Positions 37,008-51,070 are shown, counted from the first letter of the whole stretch. The stretch: DNA of 55,313 nucleotides, filler included, from Squatina squatina (GCA_031763465.1; 2 parts of 2 records of this genome joined end to end with filler, not necessarily neighbours in it); one strand, 5' to 3'. The notes: a model not told the origin generated them from the letters alone. Translations and numbers: made by a program.

Positions 37008-38903
37008 NNNNNNNNNNNNNNNNNNNNNNNNNNNNNNNNNNNNNNNNNNNNNNNNNNNNNNNNNNNNNNNNNNNNNNNNNNNNNNNNNNNNNNNNNNNNN
37101 NNNNNNNTGATTTAATGGCTCATCATTTCTTTGAAATCTGCACATGCTGTGTACTGCACTTAATTTTGCCGGGATAATATACAAGTCCTACATTAAAGTG
37201 TGGACCAGCACCTTCTCACTCAGAACGTGCTCGCAATTGAGTCAATTTGAAACAAAAGGCAAAAGGTCTTTGGTTACAGTTTCTGAGTTGAGCGAGACAT
37301 ATAATTCCATCTCTCAAATTCAATTTAACATTTCGGGCACGCTATTACCATTCCATATATAAGCTTTTATACCCCAATCCAATTACCAATGAGACAACTA
37401 CTTACAATGCTGAAAATATGAACAGCGTCTAATCTTTTCTCATAAGTAGACGTATGACAGACAGATCTGCACTGCCTCCAGCCGACCTGGATGCTGTACT
37501 GATTAATGTGGTGTAATCTTATAGTTTGTTCAATATATCCTATAGTACTTTCTTAGGTTTTGGCTATGCAGTGTAACAAGAAACATTGAAAAATATTTCA
37601 TTTCAGAACGAGAAACATTAGAAGCTATTCAAAAGGATATCGGTGAGATAATAGTAAACATTTTATTGAAAAAAAATCAGTGCTTTATTTTAGGAAATGT
37701 GCAGTGTGTACTGAGATTTTAAAAACACAAGAGAGACAAACCTCACTGAGTAAAATGCATTTACCTTGATGAAGTGCATTTACTATAGGCTTGCAACAAT
37801 GATCTAGAGAATTGTTCCTATACACAATGGAGTATTGGGCTTTTTAACAGCAGGCACAGGCCGCAGTCCAGAAAACCACACCCAGCCTTCTTGCTCAGAG
37901 AGCAAAAACAAATGAACAGGTCAAGTCATCTGACACATTTCTGTCCAATTTGTACAATAGAATGTGTTCATTTTCTGCCTAATGGCATGTCATTTTTGGT
38001 CAAGAATAAATCTTGGAATCAAAACAGATTTTCCAGGGAGCAATCTTCCATCAAGTATTGATTTTTTTACACTCATGGAGTCTGTACTATCTAATTTAAC
38101 GTGACAGTATGTTGCACAATGGACTGAGAGCACCTTGGCAACTCGCAGATCAACTTGGAGCAGAAGGAACTTAGTGTCTTTATTCTGAAAAGTGAAAAAC
38201 AAAGCACTTCAGCGCAGGTCCACATGGGAATTGGTGCCATGCAGTGTTACTTCTAATTACACGTGAATGATTGAAACCAATTNNNNNNNNNNACCAATTA
38301 TTCAAAAAAAACTAACCCAGACGCTGGGAAAAGTACACGGACAGGATGATGTCGAATTAGCAGTATCAAAAATTACCATTTGCTAATATGATTTCCGCTG
38401 CCCCATTAGAACGAACGGGGGAAAGTGGACACTTATACAAAGAGGCCTGTGCTACAAGAACAAAAGTATCTTCTTGTTGAAAGAGCTAGGTTTTGTGCTG
38501 TCAAAGTTGCTAGTGAGAAAAGGACCTTTTCTTCTGAAAGGAAGGGGTGCCTTTGATCAAACCAGCTCAACAGAGTCGTGCAGAAACTAATCGTGTTGCC
38601 CTATTCAAATACAGCAGGTTGTGTGTAACAGCACAGTGTGTACTTGCCAGAGATGTAATCAGTATTTGCTCTCAGCACATTTGGTTATAAAAAACATATC
38701 CCAGATTTAAAGAAACATTTGCAACATCTCTGAAGTGTGGAGACATTTGGAATACACCACAAAATTGATGTTATATATGAAAGTGCATTAAGCTACCTGC
38801 TGGNNNNNNNNNNNNNNNNNNNNNNNNNNNNNNNNNNNNNNNNNNNNNNNNNNNNNNNNNNNNNNNNNNNNNNNNNNNNNNNNNNNNNNNNNNNNNNNNN
38901 NNN

Positions 38904-39205
38904 CCACATTGTATTCCATCTGCCACTTTATTGCCAACTCAGTTAACCCTGTCTGTATCTCTTAGCAGACTCTTTGTTTCAACTTCACAGTTTACTTTTC
39001 CACCTAGCTTTGTATTGTTAACAAACTTGGATACATTGCACTCGGTCCCTTCATCTAAGTCATTAATATAGATTGTAAATAGCTGAGGCCCAGCACTGAT
39101 CCTTGCGGCACCCCCCTAGTTACAGCCTGCCAACCGGAAAATGACCCGTTTATCCCGACTCTGCTTTCTCTCCATTAACCAATCCTCTATCCATGCTGAT
39201 ATATT
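38904..39205 (-). mobile_element. CR1 LINE RT fragment
   Basis: Minus strand encodes RVGING...VTRGVPQGSVLGLSYLQS and frameshifted KFVNNTKLG. Confidence 0.88.
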
Positions 39206-42200
39206 AATATCCATGCTAATATATTAATATATTAATGAAAGGTGCGTTATAAATGCAATTTTTTTCTTTTTTTCATTCATAGATTACAGAAAGCTTTAAT
39301 CAGCACAAATTATTTCTCTGCTGAAATGTTACTTGCTATTACAATTATTACTCTCTTGCTACAAAACGGTAATAAAATGCCTCAGAACTAGTGTCACACA
39401 CATGGCATTAATGAGATAGTGTTTGTCTGTTGGACAGAACTCCCTCCCCTCATAAAGTCAACAGTTGTCTAGTAATTCGGATGCTGTTAAAGGAGGACCA
39501 CGAACGATCATACTCACATGGGTCACGCCATTTCCCCTGCGACCACTCTGAAGACACCTTCTAAACTCTGGAGGGATCAACATTAAATCGCACAAACAGC
39601 AAAACTAAAGTATCCATGAAACAATCATTTTTTTTTAAATCATTTCAAATGTTTTGTTTATTTTTTATGGTACAAAGTAAAAGTGACAGATCTGAAGCTG
39701 TTTAGAAATACACAAAGTGCAGCTTAACTGACCATACAGATATTGCTGTAGATAAAGTACAGTATTTTCAGTCTATAAAAGGTAAGCAACCTGTGCAGGT
39801 AAGTCAGCTTTGGTTTAAATGTCTGAACAGTAAGGATCTTGACCTGGTGAGNNNNNNNNNNNNNNNNNNNNNNNNNNNNNNNNNNNNNNNNNNNNNNNNN
39901 NNNNNNNNNNNNNNNNNNNNNNNNNNNNNNNNNNNNNNNNNNNNNNNNNNNCTGGTGAGTTTATTCTCTGGCTCCAGTTTATAACCTCCATTCCATTGAA
40001 GCTCCAACAAGATAATCTTCTTACTGTCAGTATAACAGCGGTGTGTTTCACACCCAAACTCTCTGCAGCAATTTATTTGAGTGACCCTGGCAACAATTGT
40101 ATAGCTTTTAGCAAAACGTTCATTTGCAAATGAATTAATGGACACTGTGCTACACATAGAGCTTTCTTAATTTATAAACAAGCAAAACACATGACTTTCA
40201 CATTCAGCTGAGAACAATGCAAACGTCAACCCAAACAGATTTTACTCAATTGATCAAAGTCTAACAAGGAAATTAGTGGTTTTGAATATTGTAATTTAGG
40301 GTTCTAGAAGTAGAGTGTTGAGGTAAAGCATTTATAAAGAGATTTAAAAAGTAACAGTTTAATATTGTGAGATTGTCTGTAATATCAAGCCACATCTATA
40401 CAATGTGCATATACCTATACCCATATACTCTGAGCTTTGGTCCAGCATTGATAAGATGAGCAAAGGCATTTTGATTCTATATTTGGTTACAGCTTGAGTT
40501 ACATTAAGCCTCTACTTATCTTCCTCAGTTCCATTCAGTATATCTCATTTCTGTTAATGTGGTGGAAATGAGTCAAATGAGTCAAACCTTTTCAAATATT
40601 AGATTCTTCAGAATCTCTTAGCTTGTAGCTATACTTAAACAAAGATGCTGAAGGGGACAGACATACACAAACTACTGGAGAAAGGGAAAAGAAACATGGA
40701 ATTAATGCAAGATGCCCAATGAATGTAAACAGCAGCTATCAGAAATGCAATGTCTCTCTTGATGGCCAGTGGTACTAAAAATGTTCTTGTAACATTAGTT
40801 TACTTCTCTTTACAAATGGTTGTACAGCTACATCATTTGAAAAAGATGTATCTATAATTCAATTGGCAAATTTAATCAAGGAATTACCACCTGGCACACA
40901 ATCCAGTCCTGCAATGATCTTATGATGAGATGGCCTCGTGACACGGTTCAGTAATAACACCCTAAAGGATGTGTCTTATCAGCAATGAAGCCATTTTGGA
41001 GAGCATTATGACCATTAGACCTTGAGGAGCTCGTGGTTAATAAGACCCTCAGAGTGACAATGAGCTCAATGCCTGGATAAAATAATAATTTTTTAGCCAT
41101 CTCAGCTCCGCACTTGTGATTTTCTCTCCTCCGTTATATTGGGTGGTGTCCCCTTTGNNNNNNNNNNNNNNNNNNNNNNNNNNNNNNNNNNNNNNNNNNN
41201 NNNNNNNNNNNNNNNNNNNNNNNNNNNNNNNNNNNNNNNNNNNNNNNNNNNNNNNNNNNNNNNNNNNNNNNNNNNNNNNNNNNNNNNNNNNNNNNNNNNN
41301 NNNNNNNNNNNNNNNNNNNNNNNNNNNNNNNNNNNNNNNNNNNNNNNNNNNNNNNNNNNNNNNNNNNNNNNNNNNNNNNNNNNNNNNNNNNNNNNNNNNN
41401 NNNNNNNNNNNNNNNNNNNNNNNNNNNNNNNNNNNNNNNNNNNNNNNNNNNNNNNNNNNNNNNNNNNNNNNNNNNNNNNNNNNNNNNNNNNNNNNNNNNN
41501 NNNNNNNNNNNNNNNNNNNNNNNNNNNNNNNNNNNNNNNNNNNNNNNNNNNNNNNNNNNNNNNNNNNNNNNNNNNNNNNNNNNNNNNNNNNNNNNNNNNN
41601 NNNNNNNNNNNNNNNNNNNNNNNNNNNNNNNNNNNNNNNNNNNNNNNNNNNNNNNNNNNNNNNNNNNNNNNNNNGTCCATTTACGCTTGTGCCAATCCAG
41701 TCGAGAAAAAATCTCCTCAATGTGGAATAATCACTTTGGTTCTTGTATACCATCATATTTGATCTTGGGTTAATGGAGGGTGGACAACATGCAAGCAGGA
41801 GTAAGAAAGCTACCTCCTCAATAAGGGACTTTACTGATCCAAAACCATGCATCGTGTGGATCACAATTTCAGCAAAGGATTCTCACTGTTTACCAATTTT
41901 GGAATGTGCACTGATGACTGTTTTGTATTAGACTCAAGATGAAATACATGTAGAAAAAAAACGAATCAGTCCCAGGAACATTGGATTAAAAAACATCATC
42001 TCCATAACATCTGTATACCTATTTATCATAACATCTGGTTATTTGCCCTGTCTGATGCTGTCAATATTCACATGACAACTGTACTGCTCCATATGGAAGC
42101 TGAAACCCTCAAATATTGGCCTAAATATAATTTGCAAAGTTCAGTATAAAACGGTTGAACAATGCAATGTGGAATAATCACTTTTCATTTGTGTCCTTGA

Positions 42201-42799
42201 ACTTTAATGCTGGTAATCTGTGTGGAAAGGAGATTCATTGTGCCAAAAGAAAAATATAGTGAAGATGAGTTATTAAATCATCTGATGAACACAAGGCCTC
42301 ATGCTACCGGAAGATAAAGACTTGAAATTTATTCTCAGCTCTTTGTGTGCAATGTTCTTTTCTACAAACTAACTTTGGTCATGAATATTGAGCACTGTGA
42401 GAACCAGTGTTCCTTAGACATATTTAAAACACCTCAAAGCTTAGGCACTTTTTATGCCTAANNNNNNNNNNNNNNNNNNNNNNNNNNNNNNNNNNNNNNN
42501 NNNNNNNNNNNNNNNNNNNNNNNNNNNNNNNNNNNNNNNNNNNNNNNNNNNNNNNNNNNNNCTGCCACAGTAACTTGTGGGCCATGACTCATGCCAGCAG
42601 ACAAAGAATTACAATTCCAAAGTACATGAGGACACAGTGGATTATGGGACACTATGTGCTCCAGGTAGACATGAAGAGGCAATGTTACTCAATTGCTGAT
42701 CCAACAACTCAAATGGATCTCACTGAAAGAGTACCATTTGGAATTGACTGTACACTAGGTCTTTCATACTCCACTTTTATCACAAGTGTAATTTTTTTT

Positions 42800-43130
42800 T
42801 TTTAATTCATTCTCTGGATGTGTGCATCACTGGTAAGGCCAGCATTTATTGCCCACCCTGGAGAAGGTGGAAATGAGCTGCCTTCTTCAACCGCTGTAGT
42901 CTATGTGGTGTTAGGGAGGGAGTTTTAGGATTTTGATCCAGTGACGATGAAAGAATGGCGCGATATACTCAAAGTCAGGATGATGTGCAACTTGGAGGAG
43001 GTGGTGGTGTCCCCATGCACCTACTGCCATGATCTTCCATAGGTGGTAAAGGTTACAGGTTTAGGAGGTACTGTCGTAGAAGCCTTGGCAAATTGGTGCA
43101 GTGCATCTTTGTAGATGGTACACACTGCAC
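42800..43130 (-). mobile_element. HER1-type CR1 LINE 3' end (tail shared with HE1 SINE)
   Basis: Minus strand ends GGGCAATAAATGCTGGCCTTACCAGTGATGCACACATCCAGAGAATGAA, then an A-run. Confidence 0.75.
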
Positions 43131-43251
43131 CAGTTAGGTTGTAGCCCAAGAAATCAATCATCTGCTGACTGACCACAAATGAAACTAAAACCATACTGCC
43201 TTTTTATGGACCAAGAGCAATGAAACTCACTACTCCACTGTCATGTTTTTA

Positions 43252-43566
<315 letters not shown>

Positions 43567-44274
43567 TTACTGGCGATGTGCACAATTCCCTTTGTTTTGC
43601 ACTACTAAAATACAGTGCAATTTAAAACCCATCACACAGAAACTCTGGCAACTGCCAATTACTTAGAAATTGTTGGCACACGAACATTTCTGGTCTTACA
43701 ATAGCACATAAGAAAGACAAAATGACAACCTTGCAATGGCTTCTATAGTTGTGTTACCCCAACACGACAAACGGACACAATCTGTGAGGGGGAAAAGAAG
43801 TAATTCATCCAATTTTTGTAATTACAAATGTAAAAACTTTAAACACAATATACACTCAAAAACAGTAGGCTAATAACTTGATTCTGGTGCTATTTGTTTC
43901 TGACTTTGGTTAGCAGATTAGTATTAATGCACCACTTGGTACCTGACAGTGACAGGCAGTACTTCAGATGTTGTTCGTGTGTGAAATACAGAGCTCTCTG
44001 TAACTCATGGAAGGTGTTTCTTTCAGTCAAATATTTTCACATATTTTACAGTACAAGAAATGTCTATTTGGTTCAGTTTCAGTCTGCTAAAAGACTGGGT
44101 GTTGTTTCTTTGTTAAAACTAATGCTACCGCACAATAATGTGTTGTGTTGCTTTTCTCAATAGTAAACTCAACGGACCGCCTGGAAATGTGTCAACACAG
44201 CAGTTTGCAGTCTTTTACTCGCAGGAGATGCGCAAGGACTTTTCCAAAGACGTTTGCTTCACAACTTTTTGTTT

Positions 44275-44575
44275 TTAAGAGGCTTCTTCGAAAGAGTCTG
44301 TGAGCGGTTCCATGGCCAGCCCTGTCGAGGGCTCAGGTTGTTTTAAGCGTTTAATTGTATTTTTCAGCGCTTGTCTCTTGTTGCAGAACCAAACTCTAAC
44401 CACCTCCCGATCGTAGTTCAGTTTCTCAGCAATTTCCGTCATTTCCTGCCCTGATGGGTGCGTATTCTTTTCAAAATGGGCATTTAAGATCTCCAGGGCC
44501 TGGGGGGTGAAAGACGTCCGCCGCTTGCGCTTTTTGGAGGGCTCACTGCCGATAAATTCAGTTAGATTCTGCATT
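44275..44575 (-). CDS. POU6F2: POU class 6 homeobox 2, terminal exon (homeodomain and C-terminus); 5' part in gap
   Basis: MQNLTEFIGSEPSKKRKRRTSFTPQALEILNAHFEKNTHPSGQEMTEIAEKLNYDREVVRVWFCNKRQALKNTIKRLKQ...EEAS*. Confidence 0.97.
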
Positions 44576-46874
44576 NNNNNNNNNNNNNNNNNNNNNNNNN
44601 NNNNNNNNNNNNNNNNNNNNNNNNNNNNNNNNNNNNNNNNNNNNNNNNNNNNNNNNNNNNNNNNNNNNNNNNNNNNNNNNNNNNNNNNNNNNNNNNNNNN
44701 NNNNNNNNNNNNNNNNNNNNNNNNNNNNNNNNNNNNNNNNNNNNNNNNNNNNNNNNNNNNNNNNNNNNNNNNNNNNNNNNNNNNNNNNNNNNNNNAAGAA
44801 GAGTCTTACTCTGATGCTCTGCCAGGGTGGGATCCTAATGATTGATTAACCGGCAGAGACACTTAGAACTGGCCCTGCGACGTTACAGGAAGATCATTTG
44901 CCAGTAAGAGTTAATCTTAAAGAATAATTTCATCAATTCACATACAACTTACATCAGCTTTACATCTCTACAACAATTATCAATATTCTTATTCCAAAAT
45001 TAGCATAGACATAAGCATTTACAACATTCTTCCAGTTAACAATGTGTCCACATTACCCGCAGAAAATGTTAGTCACAGAGCGAATGGCACTATATCTTAT
45101 TTTAACTTGGAGAAAAAAAAACTCGGACAAAAAAAAAGCAGAACAAAACACCTTGTTTCAAATGACCCATTTTGGTGGGAAGGTGGGATGGGGCCTGCTG
45201 AGGGCAATGGGCCGACAGCCCAATTGATTCTCTAGACACTGTACAGGTATCCACCCACAGCAATCGGAACTGGAGCAGGAAAAGGGAACTGTGCTCAGAG
45301 CAACACGGTCCCCAGCTCACTGCCAAACATTCGGGATGTAAACTGAGGCAGCAGTTATTTGACCAGCTCCGTCTCACCAATACTGTAACAGTGTGTCATA
45401 CTGTGTGAGAGAGGCTGTGCCTTTAAAGGGACTTTTACTGGAATACGCAGCACAGATTTAATCAACTTCTATAGGGTTTTGGATTCTCAAATTAAAACAG
45501 ATTCAGCAAAATAGAGTAATAATGAAACTTTAAAATAAATTCATTGTATTAATGCAGTATTAGGAGTGGAACAGATGATTTTCAATTATAGGCTAAACAT
45601 TTCCGGATGGTCTAAAAGCAAAGCTATTTCATTTTTAAAAAATCAATTAAATATCAACAGTGAACCTCAAAAAATGACCGAATTTAATTCTGTCGCCAAA
45701 CATACACTCAAAACATTTTACAAACTGGTGAGGTCTGGCAAAATAGACCTTTTTATCGAGTGTTTATCTTTTGCTTTATATGATAGAATTGAACTGTGGC
45801 TAGCGGCTGCAGCATGGCTGTACTGGGGAAAGCTTTGATCGAATGGGCGGATTATAATCAGAGAGTTTCTTGTATGGAGGAGTCACTGCACGTTTAAAAT
45901 GGAAATAGAATTACAGGGAGATTGACAGTACAGCAAGTGACACTTTAAAGTGAACTCCACTGTAATAATGATTGTAGATAAAATCAGACTGCAGGTCTCA
46001 TTAAAACAAGTTTATGTTTGAGCTGAGGGAAGTTCTTCGATCACTTCTGCACTNNNNNNNNNNNNNNNNNNNNNNNNNNNNNNNNNNNNNNNNNNNNNNN
46101 NNNNNNNNNNNNNNNNNNNNNNNNNNNNNNNNNNNNNNNNNNNNNNNNNNNNNTTGACAGGATTGAATAAGTGGAGTAATTTTCTGTACTGAAGTACCTG
46201 GTAAGACAAAACAGTAGGGAGGGTCAGACCAGTCAAGGGATCCTGTGGTGTACAAGCTGGATTCCTGTATGCAGCAACAATCAATGCAACATTATGGAGA
46301 ATTATTGAGCAAAGCCATTTTAAACTGCATCTTCAATGCCCCATACTGTGATCCCTCGTAACACTGATCCTAAAATGCAGGAAAAGCACTTTCCCATTCT
46401 AAAGGGAGTACATCAGAAATACAAAATGTCTAAAAGGACAGAGTGTTTCATGGATCATCAAGAGCAGAATCCATTAGGGTGAGTGAAGAGGTTGTTTGTT
46501 GGATTTTAGTGTTGCTGGAGAGACTGCTAGTCTTGGCTCTAGATAAAGATGAACAGGGTCATTGGGTTAGCTGGTACCTGACTGTATTTGTTTCAAGGTG
46601 CACAACGAGGAACTGGCAGGCCAACCCGTGTGAAAATTCATTATTCTTCATCACTTAGTAAATAATGAGAGGCAGAACCTAATTGAACTAAGTCCAAGTG
46701 AGAACAGTTTTCATAGATGTATACTGCAGTGTATTTAATGTCTAATTGTAGGATCAAATTTAAAGCATCTGAAAGATAACCATTACCAAAAACAAATGAA
46801 CTGTGTGTGAGCGGGATCTTGCTCTGTACAAGTTAGCAGCCCAGTTTGCCTGCATTGTCGGGTTTCACTGGCAA

Positions 46875-46998
46875 GGCTGGCATTTAATAGACAGGAAACA
46901 GAGAGTAGGAATATGCGGGTCTTTTTCAGGTTGGCAGGCAGTGACTAGTGGGGTACCTCAGGGATCAGTGCTTGGGCCCCAGCTATTCACAATATATA
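46875..46998 (+). mobile_element. CR1 LINE RT fragment
   Basis: LIDRKQRVGICGSFSGWQAVTSGVPQGSVLGPQLFTIY. Confidence 0.92.
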
Positions 46999-47394
46999 NN
47001 NNNNNNNNNNNNNNNNNNNNNNNNNNNNNNNNNNNNNNNNNNNNNNNNNNNNNNNNNNNNNNNNNNNNNNNNNNNNNNNNNNNNNNNNNNNNNNNNNNCT
47101 GCTGCTTTTTCCCTTTAAATTCTTCGGTCCCTGATTCAGGAGCCTAGTAGTTTAGATGACAAAAAAAAGCATCTCCTCCCAAGTCCCAACAAATTGGTGC
47201 ATTATTACTGGTGTAAAAGCTGTAGATATGAGGGGTTGTTTATTTTTTGGAATATGCTCTCCTTCAGTAAATTTAGTAAAATGAGCCTAAGTGATAAATA
47301 AACATCAGAAGAAAACACGGGGGCAAATTTTGTCGGCTTACTGCTTGGTTCANNNNNNNNNNAAGAGGGTGGTAGGCAGACAAAAGCAAGAAAG

Positions 47395-47655
47395 AAATCA
47401 TTTGCATTTGTACAGCAACTTGCACGGCCTCGGGACGTCCCCAAGCATTTTACAATCAATGAAGTACTTTTTGAAGTGTCGTCACTTTTGTAATGTAAGA
47501 AATACAATAGCCAATTTCCATGTAGCAAGGTCCACAAACAGCAATGAAATAAATGTTGACCAGAACACCAGAAGAATTCCCCTGCTAATCTTTGAATAGT
47601 GCCATGAGATCTTTTCCGTCCACCTGAGAGGACAGAAGTCCCGATGAAACAGTGC
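47395..47655 (-). mobile_element. SacSINE1/Deu-type SINE with L2-like tail
   Basis: Minus strand: CTCTCAGGTGGACGGAAAAGATCTCATGGCACTATTCAAAG...GACACTTCAAAAAGTACTTCATTGATTGTAAAATGCTTGGGGACGTCC...AAATGCAAATG. Confidence 0.7.
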
Positions 47656-47811
47656 AAGCCGATCTTTGGTCAAAGTTATGGTGGGGCGAAATCGGCAGTA
47701 CTTTCACAGAAACTCTAGCTCCTTCACTCCATGGTGGGTTTTATTTGGAGTCAAGCTCCCTTTTGTTCCTCACAACCTGACTATGGACTGACATCACACA
47801 CATGGAGTTCA

Positions 47812-48062
47812 TTCATAGAATCACAGATGTTACAGCACAGAAGGAGGCCATTTAGACTCTTGCCCCTGTGTTGGTGCTAGCTCTTCAACTGGAGCTGTCT
47901 ACTGTAATCCCATTTCCCTGCCCTTTCCCCATATCCTTTTATATTCTTCCTGTCAAAAACTTATCCAATTTCCTTTTTAATGATGTTACAGTCACTGCTT
48001 CGATAGCCAAGCACGGTAAAGTATCTCATGTTCTAATAACTCTGTGTGATGTCTTCTAACTT
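47812..48062 (-). mobile_element. CR1 LINE 3' end, decayed
   Basis: catagaatcacaga..tacagcacagaaggaggccatt is a reversed CR1 tail. Confidence 0.75.
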
Positions 48063-48228
48063 CCCCTTTCCATGCAGATGATATCAGAACTGAGCAGATC
48101 TGGGTGGACTTTGTTGGGAAAAAGCATAAACCAATTGGATTGTGTCAGTTTCAAAAAACTCATTACATTGTCTGTCTAAGAATGAAACTGCTGAGCAACA
48201 AACGGCACAATGAGGAGCCCCTACTTAC

Positions 48229-48369
48229 TGCTGACTAACTGTCCAACGCTCAGAGCTGAAGAGGAACAGGATGAAGAGGAAGAGGAAGAGGCTTGACGCA
48301 CTGGGCTTTGTGCAAGAGAGGCCTGCCCATGTGCCATGTGCAGAAGGTTAGCCTGGGACACTGACTGGC
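48229..48369 (-). CDS. POU6F2: POU6F2 internal exon (Ser-rich, precedes POU-specific domain); 5' part in gap
   Basis: QSVSQANLLHMAHGQASLAQSPVRQASSSSSSSCSSSALSVGQLVS, then phase-1 donor A|GTAAGT. Confidence 0.92.
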
Positions 48370-51005
48370 NNNNNNNNNNNNNNNNNNNNNNNNNNNNNNN
48401 NNNNNNNNNNNNNNNNNNNNNNNNNNNNNNNNNNNNNNNNNNNNNNNNNNNNNNNNNNNNNNNNNNNNNGTATGGGCCCTTTAGCACTGAAATTAGCACG
48501 TTTTTTAAAGCTGTTTGTGAGTTTTTTTCCAAGTGTCAAATTGCTGGACTTTAAAAAAAAATTCAAAGACCTGAACTTAGCGCTCCCCAATTTGTCCCTT
48601 AGCGCCAGAAACTCAGGGCAGTCGAATTGGACACCCTAAACTTTTAAAATAAATGGGTCATCCCCTTCATTACAATAGTAGAAAATTGTAGTTCATACAA
48701 GTGCATTATAATATTGCACTGCATAATTTCACCCCATAAATAATTTTATAAGTTGTATTTCACTGAAGTGCAGTAGTTGCACTCCTTACTGCAAATGTCT
48801 TTGTTCCATTTTCCTATTCTCACCTCTAATTGTAGTGGGAGGGCTCATATTATCTCAGTGTTTTTCTTAAACTGCAAGATATTAACATGCGGGGCTTAAA
48901 TGATGATGGGTGCATGTTTTATCTCCCTTCCGATAGTGAAGAGATTTTCTCTGAGAAAGACTTGGTCTTGTTTGGATCTATTTTTGAAGCTGAATACTGC
49001 ATTTTGATAATGAGAGATGGAGCATGCATGTGTGTTTTTTTTGTGCTGATGGCTGTGACCAGCTTTGTGACCTGATTATGTCGAGGAGTCTCAGCAGCTG
49101 AGACACTACAAAAGCAAGCACATCCCATCAAACCCCTTTCCCGAGTCATGACTCTCAATGCTGCAGGCCTGCTACAAGTAGAGAATCCTTCACGCCTCAT
49201 TAGCACCATTTAGCATCGAGAACCTCAGAGAACAAATGTTCATTTGTCTAATCAGAATAATGAGCAGGCCAGTGTACAGACCATTACTTAATTTGATCAA
49301 CATGTCCCTTGCCTGATTTTGGTGTGCGGGCTAATTGTGAATTGAAAAATATCTGAAATAGCCCTGCTAAATGTTAATGTTTGACTGATAACACACTCAG
49401 CTGCATTTAATTCTGCATACAAAGCACATTTTGAGTTAGGAGCCACTTGTTAAACAAGGCATGATCAGCTATGGAAAAGGGTTTTCACAGCAGCCATACC
49501 CCAACAGTAGCACCTAATCTATGGAAAACCTTTGATAAGATCTTACAAGACTCCACTGCACAGTGGTGATAATGGCAAGCATTTTATCTCAATGCACCTT
49601 CTGCTGCTCATAGTCTTTACGCCTCATANNNNNNNNNNTCAACCACTGTCGCTTTTCAGAACACGGGACATAATGAGTTTAATAGCACTTTTAAACAGCT
49701 ATCTACATGAAAACCACATCCTAAATGATGCAAACATTAACCCTAAGGGCAGTGAACTTCACAGCACGAGAGGAAAGTTCTTAGCATTTATGAGCATTTA
49801 AAAGAACTGAGGATAAAATACGGAATAATAGGAAGGTTAGTTTCCTCATTGAGAAGTAATATCTGAGCTAATGCTGGTACGCTGGATCACAAACGTTGGT
49901 CAGAAACTGCTTCTTCTCTCCTGTATTGAGCCAAAGCTGCTGCTGTAATCACTGGGACTCACCCATTCCTACCCATTAGTGATTCAAAGTGTCTCTGAAT
50001 TTACATACGCAGAACAGAGCAGGTCAACACTCTGCTGAATAGTTGTAATTAGAGCACAAAGAGTACAGACAGCGGTGTAATATTTGAACATGTGTTGGGC
50101 TCACGTAGTCTTTCTGATATATGCCTCAACTAATGTGAAGGGCACGCTTTGTTTTCACTAATAGCATTCCATCTGTGCAAACAAGTTCCTGATCTAAAAC
50201 TACCAGCTCACCTTAATTCTCAGGCAGGCAGCCATTCACAGTGCAGTGCANNNNNNNNNNNNNNNNNNNNNNNNNNNNNNNNNNNNNNNNNNNNNNNNNN
50301 NNNNNNNNNNNNNNNNNNNNNNNNNNNNNNNNNNNNNNNNNNNNNNNNNNTCATTTTAAACAGAACATTCATACACAGAAATATCACTTTTAAGGAGCTT
50401 CCAAATAGAAATTAATACAAAATAAAGGGTGAGGTAATAGAGGGATAGTGTGGCCAGCATGTTGTTGAGACAATCTTCCTATAATGTCTGTTGTGTGCAC
50501 CTGAGATAGGATGATTCATTAGATCAGGCTCCACGATGACAAGGTTCATCGTTCAACTCTCTGAGTACTGATGGAACAATTCTGAATCTGCCCAATAAAT
50601 ATGACAAGGTCAGCAATTTACTGTTGCTCAAGGTATATCTTTGCTTATATTAGATTTTTCTCAAAGGATACTATGTGTGTATATGCCAATATTGTCTAAA
50701 TATGGCGTTACTGTATTAAGCACCAACAAAAAAAGTGCCAAAATCACAATATTAAACATTATCTTTCTATCTTCTTTACATCTAATGATCACAAAATAAA
50801 TCAACCTGGATATTTAACAAATTACCCTCTCCAAAATAGATTCGATGTAATACTGACATGAATTTTTAATTTTTTTTTGTTCCTTTGGCTCTGCTATGAA
50901 ATTATGTTGAGTTTTAATCCATCAATTTGAATATGTTTCAAAGATCGTTCTACATAGCCAAGACTCTTTTATGCATTACTAAGAATTCATAATATCTAGA
51001 CTCAC

Positions 51006-51070
51006 CTGCCCTTGTGCATTAGTGACTAGCTGAGAAGTCATCCCTTGCAGGCTGGAGAGAGCATTGCTGA
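51006..51070 (-). CDS. POU6F2: POU6F2 internal exon 3' end (not in the ORF track)
   Basis: SNALSSLQGMTSQLVTNAQGQ then CAG|GTGAGT; resembles the recalled NALSSLQGVTGQLVTNAQGQ of tetrapod POU6F2; exon order is correct. Confidence 0.9.

Noticed and set aside
38275-38300. ACCAATT repeated on both sides of a 10-N gap (similarly CTGGTGAG at 39844 and 39952)
   Set aside because: Probably unmerged contig overlaps, not target-site duplications
39189-39236. 20-nt tandem duplication ATCCATGCTGATATATTAAT
   Set aside because: Local slippage at the edge of a CR1 fragment; no further structure
40568-40586. Tandem TGAGTCA (AP-1) sites
   Set aside because: A 9-nt slippage duplication; no other support for function
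46161-46200. 40-nt AG...GTAAG exon-like segment on the + strand
   Set aside because: Two of three frames hit stops, no recognisable peptide, and the upstream context is lost in a gap
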